Positions 10,261-22,042 of a stretch of 32,000 nucleotides of DNA are shown piece by piece. The notes below the pieces were generated by a model. It did not search any database. It saw only the letters and a program-made list of their open reading frames with translations, and had not been told where the DNA came from. The stretch covers positions 150,001 through 182,000 of the forward strand of contig BAAFHK010000001.1 in the NCBI GenBank assembly GCA_042852035.1. The letters are read 5' to 3'. The first letter of the stretch is position 1. The number at the start of each line of letters is the position of its first letter. The stretch is from Candidatus Saccharimonadota bacterium (GTDB lineage: Bacteria; Patescibacteriota; Gracilibacteria; BD1-5; UBA2023). The translations under genes were made by a program, and so were the position numbers.

Positions 10261-10344
10261 GTGCTCATTTTGAGAGGTGGGGGAGGTTCTATACTGAGGA
10301 GCTCTAGCTCCGAGAATCTCCCACGCACCATCTCATATTAGCAC
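10261..10344. other. 84-nt imperfect palindrome / structured element in a divergent intergenic region
   Basis: Pairings gtgct...agcac, tgaga...tctca, ggtg...cacc and gggag...ctccc enclose a central ggagc-tcta-gctcc hairpin. It is GC-rich relative to its flanks. Confidence 0.3.
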
Positions 10345-10410
10345 ATACATTATATACGTGCTAAAATTAAAATCAAGAATAATATTTCACTTTTTATGGT
10401 ACGGAAGATA

Positions 10411-10437
10411 TTGACAGATAAATTTATATGATATAAT
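10411..10437 (+). promoter_or_regulatory. sigma70-like promoter with extended -10
   Basis: TTGACA (10411-10416), 15-nt spacer, TGaTATAAT (10429-10437), 25 nt before ATG 10463. Confidence 0.5.
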
Positions 10438-10462
10438 TAAATTCCATCTAACCCTAAAATCT

Positions 10463-10771
10463 ATGTCATTTGATACACCACAAGAGCTTACTCTTGGAGA
10501 AATGAACGCAGAAATTATGAGAAAACTTGATACGGCATTTGGAGGAATTAGTGATAATGTAGCATCTGCTGTAATATCCCTCCCGAAAAGTGTAAGAGAG
10601 GCTCTTCTTGCAGCATGAGATAAGGATGAAGTTGAGAGAGTATGGAATACCTATCTTCATTCCGTTGTTGATCTTATGCCAAAGTGAGATTATGGTGATT
10701 TGGATGAATTCAGACGAAATCATGGACATAGATACACTGATAGTGCAGCTTGAATCCTTGCTCAGAATTAG
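10463..10771 (+). CDS. hypothetical protein, 102 aa
   Basis: ATG 10463. Three in-frame tga codons. TAG at 10769-10771. A consensus promoter lies upstream. Confidence 0.6.
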
Positions 10772-11394
10772 TTTCGTACTACTTTTGAAATAAGGTTTCT
10801 TCCAGATTCTGATAGCTTATTCCATTTTGCATAGAATCATCCTTTGATGAAGATATCTTGGAGTTCGTCGAGCTTAAAGCCATGATAATAGCGAGTATGC
10901 TCTCCGATTTTGATGTCAAAATCACCGTTTCATCGGTGATTTTTTGCATACTTTTCTTGCTCCAAGAGATTCCAATTTGTCATATAGAGGGATCCCTTTG
11001 GAGAGAGATATTTTTTTATGTTTTCGAGACAGGTAGCTCTTTCTTCGGTTGTTTCCAGATGGTGGAATGAGGCAAGCAAAATAATAGCGTCAAATTGTTT
11101 CTCAGGCATGTTCTCAAATTTGGGCATAGAACTCACGAGAAAAGTACCCGTGGGATATATTTTTTGAGCTTCTTCTATCATTCATTTTGAAGAATCAATC
11201 CCAATATAAGACATATTTCTTATGCTCTCTCTTTTTTGTATTTCACCGAATAATCTCCCGTTTCCGCATCAAACATCCAAGATGGAGTGATATCAATTAT
11301 CTTCGATATCTGTGAGGATTTCATCGATTTCAGGCCAGTGCATATTTTTTCTTGAATTCGAGAATGTCTCCGCGAATGCATCGTAGTTTGTCAT
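10768..11394 (-). CDS. class I SAM-dependent methyltransferase, 208 aa
   Basis: Motif I is ILDV-G(tga)-CGNGR. Post-I and motif II-like segments (AIILLASFHHL). ATG 11392-11394 and TAA 10768-10770. Confidence 0.85.
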
Positions 11395-11468
11395 GGATAT
11401 GAGTATAGCTTGAAAATGGAATTTGTAAAAAAACGAAGGATTTTTCCCCTATAATTCCAATTTTCTTA

Positions 11469-12311
11469 CTAGAGTTTATTCATATCACTCTGAATCCATG
11501 TTCTCCATTCGTTCTCGCTCATCAAGCCTCCAGTAGTTATAAGAGATCGGGCATCTGCTCGGAGGCTTGGTATCAATCAAAACATATTTATAAGTACCAT
11601 TTTTGATAGAGTTCTATAATTGGTGTCATCATCGGGGTGCTGGCTTGATATCACAGAATCGGTCTTGTAGGTATATGTTATACCGGTACTCATTGTAATC
11701 GAAATTGATTGATTTTTCTTAGGATCGAATCATCTCAACTCTTGGAATATATTTTTCATTGAATCAAACATATAATGGACTCATTTTGTTTTTCAAGGAA
11801 CAATGATGTAGGCGTGTCATTCTACCACTTTTTTTCAATTCGGCAGTGTATAGCTTATAATGCCTCGACTCACATAATGTGGAATTTTTTGTTTACTGAG
11901 AAATGTTGAGGCAATCATGGTTTGCTCTAGGCAGGTTCCACGCGGTCTATTTTTGTCGGTTCCAATGTTTCAGGGTATAGTATATTGAGACATGTCTGGT
12001 GAATAGGGATTTACTCGTGTGAGAGAGAGTACTCGCATGGCTACCTGTAGATAGGATCCCAAAGGAAGATTTTCTTCTATACGAAACTTTGAATCACTAA
12101 GGAGCTCTTCTTTTATCCATCGAAGTCTTGAGGAGAGAAATACATCAAATGCAAGCTTTGATCGTTCCGCTCAACCAGGCTCCCTGATTCGATCGCATTC
12201 ATCTTTATACTGAGTATAGAGTCCAAGTAATATTGGATTCTCTTTGATGGTATCCCAATTCCATTTGGAATCGATACTGGAGCTTGTGTAGAGATTGTCT
12301 GTAGCACTCAT
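11469..12311 (-). CDS. transglutaminase-like cysteine protease fold protein, 280 aa
   Basis: RPRGTCLEQTMIASTFLSKQKIPHYVSRG...GHAYIIV...HYMFDS fits the Cys-His-Asp transglutaminase-core pattern. Eight tga codons. TAG at 11469-11471. Absent from the track as a single ORF. Confidence 0.6.
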
Positions 12312-12523
12312 GGCTGCTCAGGTTCTCACACCAGAATTTATTTCGTCACATGATGATATTCACATGTAAATATCCTAACACTTTTTCATTTTTTAAACAA
12401 ATCTCCATCAAAATAGAAGAAATATACATTTCATATTTTTTAGAAAATTCCTCCAGAAGAAGAGTGAGTTTTTGATTGACTTATAATGCTTATTTCCCAT
12501 AATCCGGTGTATCAATAAAATAT

Positions 12524-14200
12524 ATGCATTTCACACTTCGTATTACCTGAGCTGCTTGACTCGGTATCAACTCTCTTGCTGACATTACTGGAAACATGTT
12601 GTCACATCTTGGCTACTATGTTACGGGTGATCTTGAGTATGAATCTCGGATTAAATGAGGGACAAACTGGTTTGATCTCAATATTTCCGATACTCGACCG
12701 AGCGTCCGTCGCACGATAGATGTACTTCTTGCTTATGATATCGGCGGACTTAAAAAAAGTATCACTGCAATCAGAGAGGGGGGATTCATTATTGCAAATG
12801 CGAAACTCAAAGAGAAATTCACTCCAGAAATCGAGAGTGCTATTGCTGAAAGAAAACTCAATTTTCTTTCGATAGAAATCACTGATAAATATGAGAATGT
12901 TTACTTACTTGGTATACTTGTAAAACTTCTTGGAATCGATGCATCTACCGTTCATGATGAGATTCGTATGGTATTTGGAAAAAAAGGAGAGGAGGTTGTA
13001 TCTCATAATATTGGAGTGGTTGATACCATTTATGCGAGTTATGAACTTGGCGTAACTTCACCATGGAAGATGAGCTCTCAAGGAGTGCATCGTGAATTTA
13101 CTTATGGGAACAAGATTATTGCCCTTGGGGCAGTTGATTCTGAGCTTGAATACTACAGTGCTTATCCGATGACACCTGCGAGTTCTGTCTTGACGGAGAT
13201 TATTGCCTCAGGAAAAGTTCCATACCTCCAGGCAGAAGATGAAATAGCTGTTATGAATAGTGCTCTCGGGGCAGCGTTTACTGGTGCTCGTGCGATGGTG
13301 GGGACATCAGGTGGAGGATTTGCCCTCATGACTGAGTGACTCTCATTCGCGGCTCAGGCAGAATTCCCGATTGTTGCTCTTCTTTCTCAGCGCGCTGGTC
13401 CAAGTACAGGAACTCCAACCTTCCATGAACAAGGAGAAATCAGATATGCACTGGTTCCTACTTTTGGGGAATTTGGTCATGTGGTACTTTGTCCGTCAAG
13501 CTTTCATGAAGCATATCTTTTTGCGGGTCTCGCTCTCAATATTGCTCAGAAATACCAAACTATTGTTATCCTTCTTACGGACAAACAATTTTCAGAACTT
13601 CACTCATCGTATGATGCTCTTCCACCTCCAACTCCTGTTGATCGTGGAAAGCTCCTTGAAACTCCTTCTCCTGACTACAAAAGATATGAACTTACAGAAG
13701 ATGGAATCTCTCCGTACGTAAAAGTCGGAACAGAAAATGGTGACTTTATCGCTACTTCTTATGAGCATGATGAGTATGGAGCAACGACCGAAAGTCCAGA
13801 ATTGAAGGGAAAAATGACAGAAAAGCGTGCGAAAAAGCTCGATAATTTCTTTGAAAAAGAATGATATCGAGGATACGAGATGGTAAATGGTGGAGCAAAG
13901 AAGATTATCGTTACTCTTTCGGCAAACCGTATAGTAGCAGAGGACTTTATCGCAGAAAATCCAGAATACGGACTCATGGTTATAAAATTCCTTCTTCCTG
14001 TTGATACAAAGATTCGTGATGAACTTATTGGAAAAGATGAGGTGATTTTTATGGAAGGGAACTACTCTGGTCAACTCGAGGAACATCTTGTTCGCACTCT
14101 TGATATCGATCATATCGATGGACTCAAGATTTCAAATTTCAGAAAATATACCCTCTATCCTTTCTACCGAGAAGAAATGGATGAAAGATTTAAAAAATAA
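12524..14200 (+). CDS. 2-oxoacid:ferredoxin oxidoreductase, fused gamma-alpha subunit, 558 aa
   Basis: N-terminal gamma domain (ITGAAGLGINS...RIKGGTN). Alpha domain (YSAYPMTPASS, AEDEIAVMNSALGAAFTGARAMVGTSGGGFALM). Four track fragments lie in one frame. Confidence 0.9.
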
Positions 14201-14205
14201 AATTT

Positions 14206-14586
14206 ATGAAAACCATCCTCGTTGATGCATGGAATACTTTCGTTACTGAATTTGGAGTAAGCCAAGAAATATATGAAATGCTTGAGAAATTCCAGAATCC
14301 AAAAATTATACTAACAAATGCGAATGCTGAAGAAAAAGTAAAATATGGAATAGTCGACATGCCCTATGAAGTTTTTACCCTTGAACATAATCCGAATAAG
14401 ACGGACCCAGCCTATTATATCCAGATGCTTTCATATTTTTGATTATGAATGTGAGATGTTCTCTACTTTGAGCATAATCCTGATGCCGTGGTTTCTGCGC
14501 AATCAGTATGAATAAAAACATTTCATTATAATAAAGATAAAAAAGATATAAATTCCCTTCAAAAATTTCTCATTGATAACCTCTAA
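14206..14586 (+). CDS. small HAD-superfamily-like protein with degenerate motif I, 126 aa
   Basis: ILVDAWNT replaces the DxDxT motif. The C-terminal VLYFEHNPDAVVSAQSVGIKTFHY is HAD motif III/IV-like. The tga codons at 14440, 14446, 14452 and 14509 are read through. Confidence 0.6.
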
Positions 14587-14589
14587 TCT

Positions 14590-15192
14590 ATGCGCTCAGG
14601 TCTCACAAACATCCAATGGTGTCCCGGTTGCGGTGACTTCCTTATCATCATGGCGATAAAAAATGCTTTTAAAGAGCTTGGAATCCCATCACATAAGCGA
14701 GTTATTGTTTCTTGAGTAGGATGCTCATGAAAGGCTTCTCAGTATATCGATGGGTATGCAGCTGAAACTCTCCATGGTCGAACACTTCCTTTTGCAACAG
14801 GAGTGAAAATGGCAAATCCAGAGCTCACTGTTATCGCTGTTTGAGGTGATGGTGATGGATATGGTATCGGTATGGGTCACTTTATCCATGCATGCCGTCG
14901 GGACCTCGATATTACATATATCGTATTTAATAATGAAAACTACGCCCTCACTACAGGTCAGGCATCCCCAACAACTCCAATAGGTGCAAAAACTAAGACA
15001 ACCCCTCTTGGGAATCTTATAGCTCCAATTAATCCTATAGAACTCGCGAAACAAGCAGGATGTCATCATGCAGTGCATGCGACGGATACAAAATTTGCCG
15101 AACTCAAAGAAATCATAAAAGCAGCGATACAGCATCCTGGTTTTGCTCTCGTAGATGTTGGGCAATCATGTCCAAGTTATAAGAGATGGTAG
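14590..15192 (+). CDS. 2-oxoacid:ferredoxin oxidoreductase beta (TPP-binding) subunit, 200 aa
   Basis: WCPGCGDF, AV-G(tga)-GDGDGYGIG, and NNENYALTTGQ. TAG at 15190-15192. Confidence 0.9.
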
Positions 15193-15237
15193 AGGAACTT
15201 ATTTTTCTTCTTGAATCTCGTAGAAAAACCATACACT

Positions 15238-15265
15238 AGAGTGAATATTTCTTCACTCTTTTTTT
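15238..15265 (+). terminator. rho-independent terminator
   Basis: Stem agagtgaa/ttcactct followed by a T-run that abuts the next ATG. Confidence 0.55.
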
Positions 15266-15934
15266 ATGAAAAAAATTCTTCTTCTCGCCACGCTATTACT
15301 CCTCTCGAGTTGTATGAAATTTGAATGAGAGATTCAGTTTGCTAGCGATGGAACAGCAAATACAAAAGCCTCAGTTGATATGACAAAGTTTATGGTTCTT
15401 ATGGAAGCATTTGGATCAGGATCAAATACTTCAACTATTAACAAGAATCTCTGTCTCGATGAGAACTTCTCTGGTGGTCTTTCTGAGTGAATGTGAAAAA
15501 GTAAGGTAAAAATGAATAATTTTCAGTGTACCTCACTCTGAGACTATAAAGTCCAAATAACGGGTGATCTAGACTATAGAAAGCAAAAGTGAATCATCTT
15601 CCAGTCTGGTGGTACGATTGTAGCTGATTTGTTACTTCTTTGAGATGGTGAAACCACTCCAAGCTCTTCAGAGAGAACAGCCGAATGAACTAAAGAAGCA
15701 GAAGATATGGGATTCTCGATGAGCCAAAAGTATACTTTTCCTGGTAAAGTATCATTTATTGATGCTGGTACTATTACCTCAGATAATACTGTTTCACTCA
15801 ATCTTCTCGATTCGAAAATACTAAACCGCCGCTCACTTATCGTTATTGTGACTTCAGATGGAAGAAAACTTTCAAGAAAAGAAATTAATGGTTATAAGCT
15901 TCAACTTAAGAAATATAATCGAACGATTCAATAA
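15266..15934 (+). CDS. lipoprotein, 222 aa
   Basis: MKKILLLATLLLLSSC lipobox. Seven tga codons. The 3' part matches track ORF 15707..15934. Confidence 0.7.
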
Positions 15935-15955
15935 TTTTGTCACAGAAAAAATAAA

Positions 15956-15990
15956 ATCCCGTCTTGTCATACATAAAGACGGGATTTTTT
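15956..15990 (+). terminator. rho-independent terminator
   Basis: 10-bp stem atcccgtctt/aagacgggat followed by a T-run. Confidence 0.65.
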
Positions 15991-16063
15991 AATAAACTTC
16001 AGTATACTTCTGTTGGTTTCAAAGAGATTTTCCGCCTTGAATTATTCTTTAATCATATTTTTT

Positions 16064-16810
16064 ATGAATCAAAATCTTATCGCGAGCATAATACTTGCAT
16101 TTGGTATTATTGGAGGGGCTTATCTTATTGGAAGTCAGTGATTTACGATTTCTACCGCTCCTGCCATAAAGACTCTTTCGACTTCAGCCGAAGGAAAGGT
16201 AAAAATTATTCCCGATACACTCCTAATCTCAGCCGGAGTTGAAGTTCGGGTGAAGCCATCTCAAGATGAGGCCTATAACGATATGAATACAAGCATCAAT
16301 AAGGTAAAAGAAATACTTAAAGCAAATGGGATTGAAGAAAAGAATATTCAAACTTCCAACTTGAGTGCTTGAGCTGAGTACAGTTATAAAGATGGAAATC
16401 CTATACGTGAATGATACCAGGCAATCTCCTCTCTCATGATTCGCGTAGAAAAAAAAGATCAAAAAGTGACGAATGATATCCTGGATGCGATTGCAAAAGT
16501 AGAAAATATTCGAATTAATGGAGTTGACTATGATCTTTCAGACAAGGAGAAGGTCTATGCAGAAGCTCGTAAGCTTGCTCTCGAAAAAGCTCGATCAAAA
16601 GCCGATGAGATGGCGAAAGCTGCCTGAGTAACTATAGCTGGAGTGGCAAGCATTTTGGAAAGTGGAAATAATTATCCAATCCCCATGTATGCTCAGAATT
16701 TTAAGTCACTCGATGTGGCATGAGGAGCACCAGCGAATCAAACAACTGATATTTCTGTAGGTCAAGTTGAATATACGGCAACAGTTTCCGTTGCTTATGA
16801 AATTCAGTAA
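16064..16810 (+). CDS. SIMPL/DUF541-family periplasmic protein, 248 aa
   Basis: N-terminal anchor helix. KEKVYAEARKLALEKARSKADEMAKAAGV and the terminal VSVAYEIQ are typical of the SIMPL family. Five tga codons. Confidence 0.75.
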
Positions 16811-16833
16811 CTTTTTATTAAAGCTTTAATACA

Positions 16834-16862
16834 ATCCTCTATGGTCAGATAGGGGATTTTTT
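16834..16862 (+). terminator. rho-independent terminator
   Basis: Stem atcctctat/ataggggat (one G-U pair) followed by a T-run. Confidence 0.5.
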
Positions 16863-16897
16863 CTTGTCTTCTAACTCGATTTTCATACACTCCTTCC

Positions 16898-18598
<1,701 letters not shown>

Positions 18599-18607
18599 AA
18601 AATCAAT

Positions 18608-18642
18608 AAAAAAATCCCTCTCATAAGATGAGAGGGATTTTT
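18608..18642. terminator. bidirectional rho-independent terminator
   Basis: 11-bp stem atccctctcat/atgagagggat with loop aag, flanked by an A-run and a T-run, between convergent genes. Confidence 0.7.
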
Positions 18643-18650
18643 ATTTAGAA

Positions 18651-18824
18651 TTATGCAATAGTGTTACCTCCGCTTGCAATAGTGTTACCTCCGCTTGCAA
18701 TAGTGTTACCTCCGCTTGCAATAGTGTTACCTCCGCTGGCCATCATCGAAGAAGTACCGAGACTCATAACACTCGAGAGAGTAATGGTTGCAATAGCAAC
18801 AACTGAAACGACCTTTTTATTCAT
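18651..18824 (-). CDS. secreted repeat peptide: signal peptide plus 4 x SGGNTIA, 57 aa
   Basis: ATG 18822-18824 and TAA 18651-18653. Sequence MNKKVVSVVAIATITLSSVMSLGTSSMMA followed by (SGGNTIA)x4. It has its own promoter and terminator. Below the 60-aa cutoff of the ORF track. Confidence 0.65.
   Translation of the reverse strand: MNKKVVSVVAIATITLSSVMSLGTSSMMASGGNTIASGGNTIASGGNTIASGGNTIA
18654..18737. repeat. four perfect tandem copies of a 21-bp unit (tgcaatagtgttacctccgct)
   Basis: Units at 18654, 18675, 18696 and 18717 are 100 percent identical, in frame, and each encodes SGGNTIA. Confidence 0.95.
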
Positions 18825-18857
18825 ATTTGTATTTGTTTAAGATATAAAGGTGATAGT

Positions 18858-18886
18858 ATTTTAGCACAAATTTTTTTTAATTACAA
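18858..18886 (-). promoter_or_regulatory. sigma70-like promoter of the repeat-peptide gene
   Basis: On the minus strand: TTGTAA (18886-18881), 17-nt spacer, TGcTAAAAT (-10 at 18863-18858). Confidence 0.45.
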
Positions 18887-18950
18887 ATTAAATTTGACAT
18901 TTATTAAATTTAATTAATATTGAAAATATATTCACTGAATAATATTAATT

Positions 18951-21422
18951 ATGGAGGTATATCTTTTTGACAATGATCAGTTGCCAAAACTAGACGATAC
19001 ATACCCAACATTTCAAAATATTGAGCCGACTCTCAGGGAACGGATTTGACGACAGGATACCACCTTTCGATCTCTTGCATTTCCTGACTCTGTCTATTTT
19101 TCCGATCCTCTCTTACCAGATAATCCTGAACAACTCGAGACCTACCTTGTGAGTTATGTATCTGGTATTTATAATTTCAAAAATAAACACCCATCATTAG
19201 CATATTTTCGATTAACTCAAGTATTACGAGATGTACAAAAGTTTCCAAAGATAGTTACTAGCCCCATATATCTAAGGGTGAAAGCTGAGTGGATTGCTGC
19301 AGCTATGTTTAGTGGGGATTTTTCATCTGTATACGATTCCAGAGTGTCTCTTGAGTCGAGCTTATCGGATCATATTTCTCGGATGACACATGGAGTACCT
19401 CTACAGAGTGAAGGACTCGTTCTTGATGATGAGATGATCTACGAATATAGGGCCCATTTGCTCCAATTTATCAATTATTTCTCAAAATACTACTATAGTG
19501 TCTGACTTTATAATGAAGCAAGTATCATCTCTGCCAAATGAATTAAGATTGCTGCACTCATGAGCGCTGCACATCCAAAATTTAATCTGCTACTTGATAG
19601 GCTTATGGCTATTATTGAGCAAGGCGAGTTCGATACCCAAGAATTTCAAGAAACTCTCAGAATCGGAAGAATATGATCTCAGGTACTTACTGACTTCTTT
19701 GAACAAAGAGGGAGTGCTGATGTTGCAAAAACCATACAAGATCAATTGAAAATTGTTGAACTCTATTGAGAAGTAAAAAGCTTTAAAGGATGTGATGCAC
19801 TGAAATTAGCTGAATTTATTCAGCGCTGGGAGTGACTCAATAATAATGCAACTATCGATCAGGATGATAGAGCAAAACTTGCACATATAGAGATGATGCT
19901 CTATGTTCAGTACAGAGATCTACAAGAAGAACAAAATTCATTACTTGATGCCAAATCACATCACCATGAAGAGTTTAATAGGATATTGCTTTTCTGAGCA
20001 AAGCTCGTGAATCAGGGATTTGAACTTGATAAATATAAAGATAGTCCAGATGCACGATTTTTTCTCGCATCTTTTATAGATCATTTAGAATTTAATGTCA
20101 GATCACTTGTATGATCAAGTAAATGAAAAACCAATAACCAGAAAATACTTAGTGTGAGAAATGCAATCGTTGATATTTATCGACTTGCAGTTGGAGTTGA
20201 TGAATCAGGGATTGATGTTTTTAGGAGAATGAGTTTTTATCGGCAGTTTATTAATGCGGCAAGGCTTTATTTTCATCATATCGGTGTCTCTGATATTGGA
20301 AATGATAATACCGTACTCATGCAGATTCGACTCATTTCTCAAGAGTTAGAGCAAGAGGCGCATGTGAATCATGGTAAAATGATTGAGTATATAGTAGCGA
20401 GGTGGAAAAGAATTTCTCAGATTAGTCTCTCAAAAACTACTGAAGATGGTGAAAAAGAAGATGGAAATAAGGTAATATATGAGTGAAATTGTCAGCAAAA
20501 TGACTTTAGACAAGTCATACACAGTCTCTCTTGAGGGGCCAAATATAAATTTACAGTAGCTGTAAGAGGAGCCCCATTTGGCCAAAGAGACTTAGCACTC
20601 TTAGCTACCGATCTCGCGAAACTCCTCGCATATGAGACAAAAAAAATGATTGAGACAGAAGTGTCTGGTACTATGAGGATTCTTAGGCATGATTTAACAA
20701 ATCTAATAGGAAGCATATGACCAGCAAGTCAACTCTTAGATCAACGAGTCAGTCAAGTTGAAGAAGAAGTGGATCGAATTATCTGAATTCCTGGAAATCC
20801 AAGGGAAACAGTTGAACGACTTGAAAGATTATCTGCCTGAAATCTGAAAATAATACGCCGCCTTACTGCAGCGCTCGCAAGTAATGCAAGTGGAATTGGT
20901 GACTTTACAGCAAGAATGGTTGATGAGATTGATGCTATTATGCAATGATATAAACTGAGTAGGCAACCCCTCAATGTGACAAAATATATTTCTGATAAAA
21001 TGTGAACTGGTGCAGGGCAGTGAATCGATTTTCAAGTAATAGGGAATGATACTTTGGTGTTAGTAAATATATGAATGTTTGGTGGGCTTGTTGATAATAT
21101 CGTTCAAAATGCAAAGCGATACAAAAGACCAACCGAAGAAAAAGCAAAATTAACAATCTCCATTCATGATAGTTCAGATGGTGTTACGGTTGCTTTTATG
21201 GATGAGTGAATTGGCATGACGAATAAAGCAATTTGAACGTTTCTCTCGGCACATACTGGTGCAGAATTGGATTATTGATCTGAAGCTGCAAGAACAATTG
21301 AGTCAAAACGGCTCGGAGCAAAAAGTATTATGAATACCGTAAGAGCACATAATGCATCACTCCAGATAGAAAGTGAGGTAGGGAAATACACGAATTTTCT
21401 ATTCACCTTTCCAAAAAGCTAA
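18951..21422 (+). CDS. cytoplasmic sensor histidine kinase with large helical N-terminal region, 823 aa
   Basis: H-box MRILRHDLTNLIGSI. N-box LVDNIVQNAKRY. G1 box FMDE-G(tga)-IGM. G2-like SKRLGAKSIM...ESEVGKYTNFLFTFPK. About 21 tga codons. No hydrophobic segment seen. Confidence 0.8.
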
Positions 21423-21490
21423 GGATTCCATATTGATTTTTTTGTATCGGAGTATATACTCTATGAACTTTATATTCTAAACGAGTAAAT

Positions 21491-22009
21491 ATGTTTTACG
21501 ATGCAGTTATTACCCTCCCCAAGGCTCGCCTCAAAGGTCTACTATCCCTCATTGAAAAAATTGAATCACAAGTCAAAGAAAAAAATATGATTGATGCTGA
21601 GGTTCTCAATCTCCGTCTTGCTCCTGATATGTTTTCTTTTGCGAAGCAAATCCAGATAGCAACTGATAATGCAAAGGGTATGGCATCTCGATTGGCACGG
21701 GTAGAGGCTCCGAAATTTGAAGATAATGAGACAACTCTTTCAGACTTAAAGAATCGACTCAATAAAACTATTTCCTATCTTGAAACTTTCACTTCTGAAC
21801 ATTTTAAAGATGCAGATACTGCTGAGGCTCGATTCCCGTATTTTCCAGGAATGAAGATGGTTGGGAAGGGATATGTCTTTACTTATGGGATACCGAATTT
21901 TATGTTCCATGTTGTTACGGCATATTCTATACTGCGGAATGCTGGATTTGATATTGGGAAAGCAGATTTTATGGGAGGGCAGATAGAGTTTCATCCAGAT
22001 ACTGTATAA
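21491..22009 (+). CDS. DUF1993-family protein, 172 aa
   Basis: Intact ORF. LRLAPDMFSFAKQIQ and PNFMFHVVTAYSILRNAGFDIGKADFMG match the DUF1993 pattern. Confidence 0.8.
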   Translation: MFYDAVITLPKARLKGLLSLIEKIESQVKEKNMIDAEVLNLRLAPDMFSFAKQIQIATDNAKGMASRLARVEAPKFEDNETTLSDLKNRLNKTISYLETFTSEHFKDADTAEARFPYFPGMKMVGKGYVFTYGIPNFMFHVVTAYSILRNAGFDIGKADFMGGQIEFHPDTV

Positions 22010-22036
22010 AAAAATCCCACGAAAGTGGGATTTTTA
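22008..22036. terminator. bidirectional rho-independent terminator
   Basis: Stem atcccac/gtgggat with GAAA loop, flanked by an A-run and a T-run. Confidence 0.65.
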
Positions 22037-22042
22037 GATGAT

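Noticed and set aside
13604-15165. Long antisense ORFs (13604..14113 and 14725..15165, minus strand).
   Set aside because: They are shadow ORFs opposite strongly supported OFOR subunit genes, and their composition is not protein-like (Cys/Phe/Ile-rich).
18654-18737. Tandem direct repeats as a possible CRISPR array.
   Set aside because: The repeats are contiguous 21-bp units with no spacers. They lie in frame inside a small CDS, and no cas genes are nearby.
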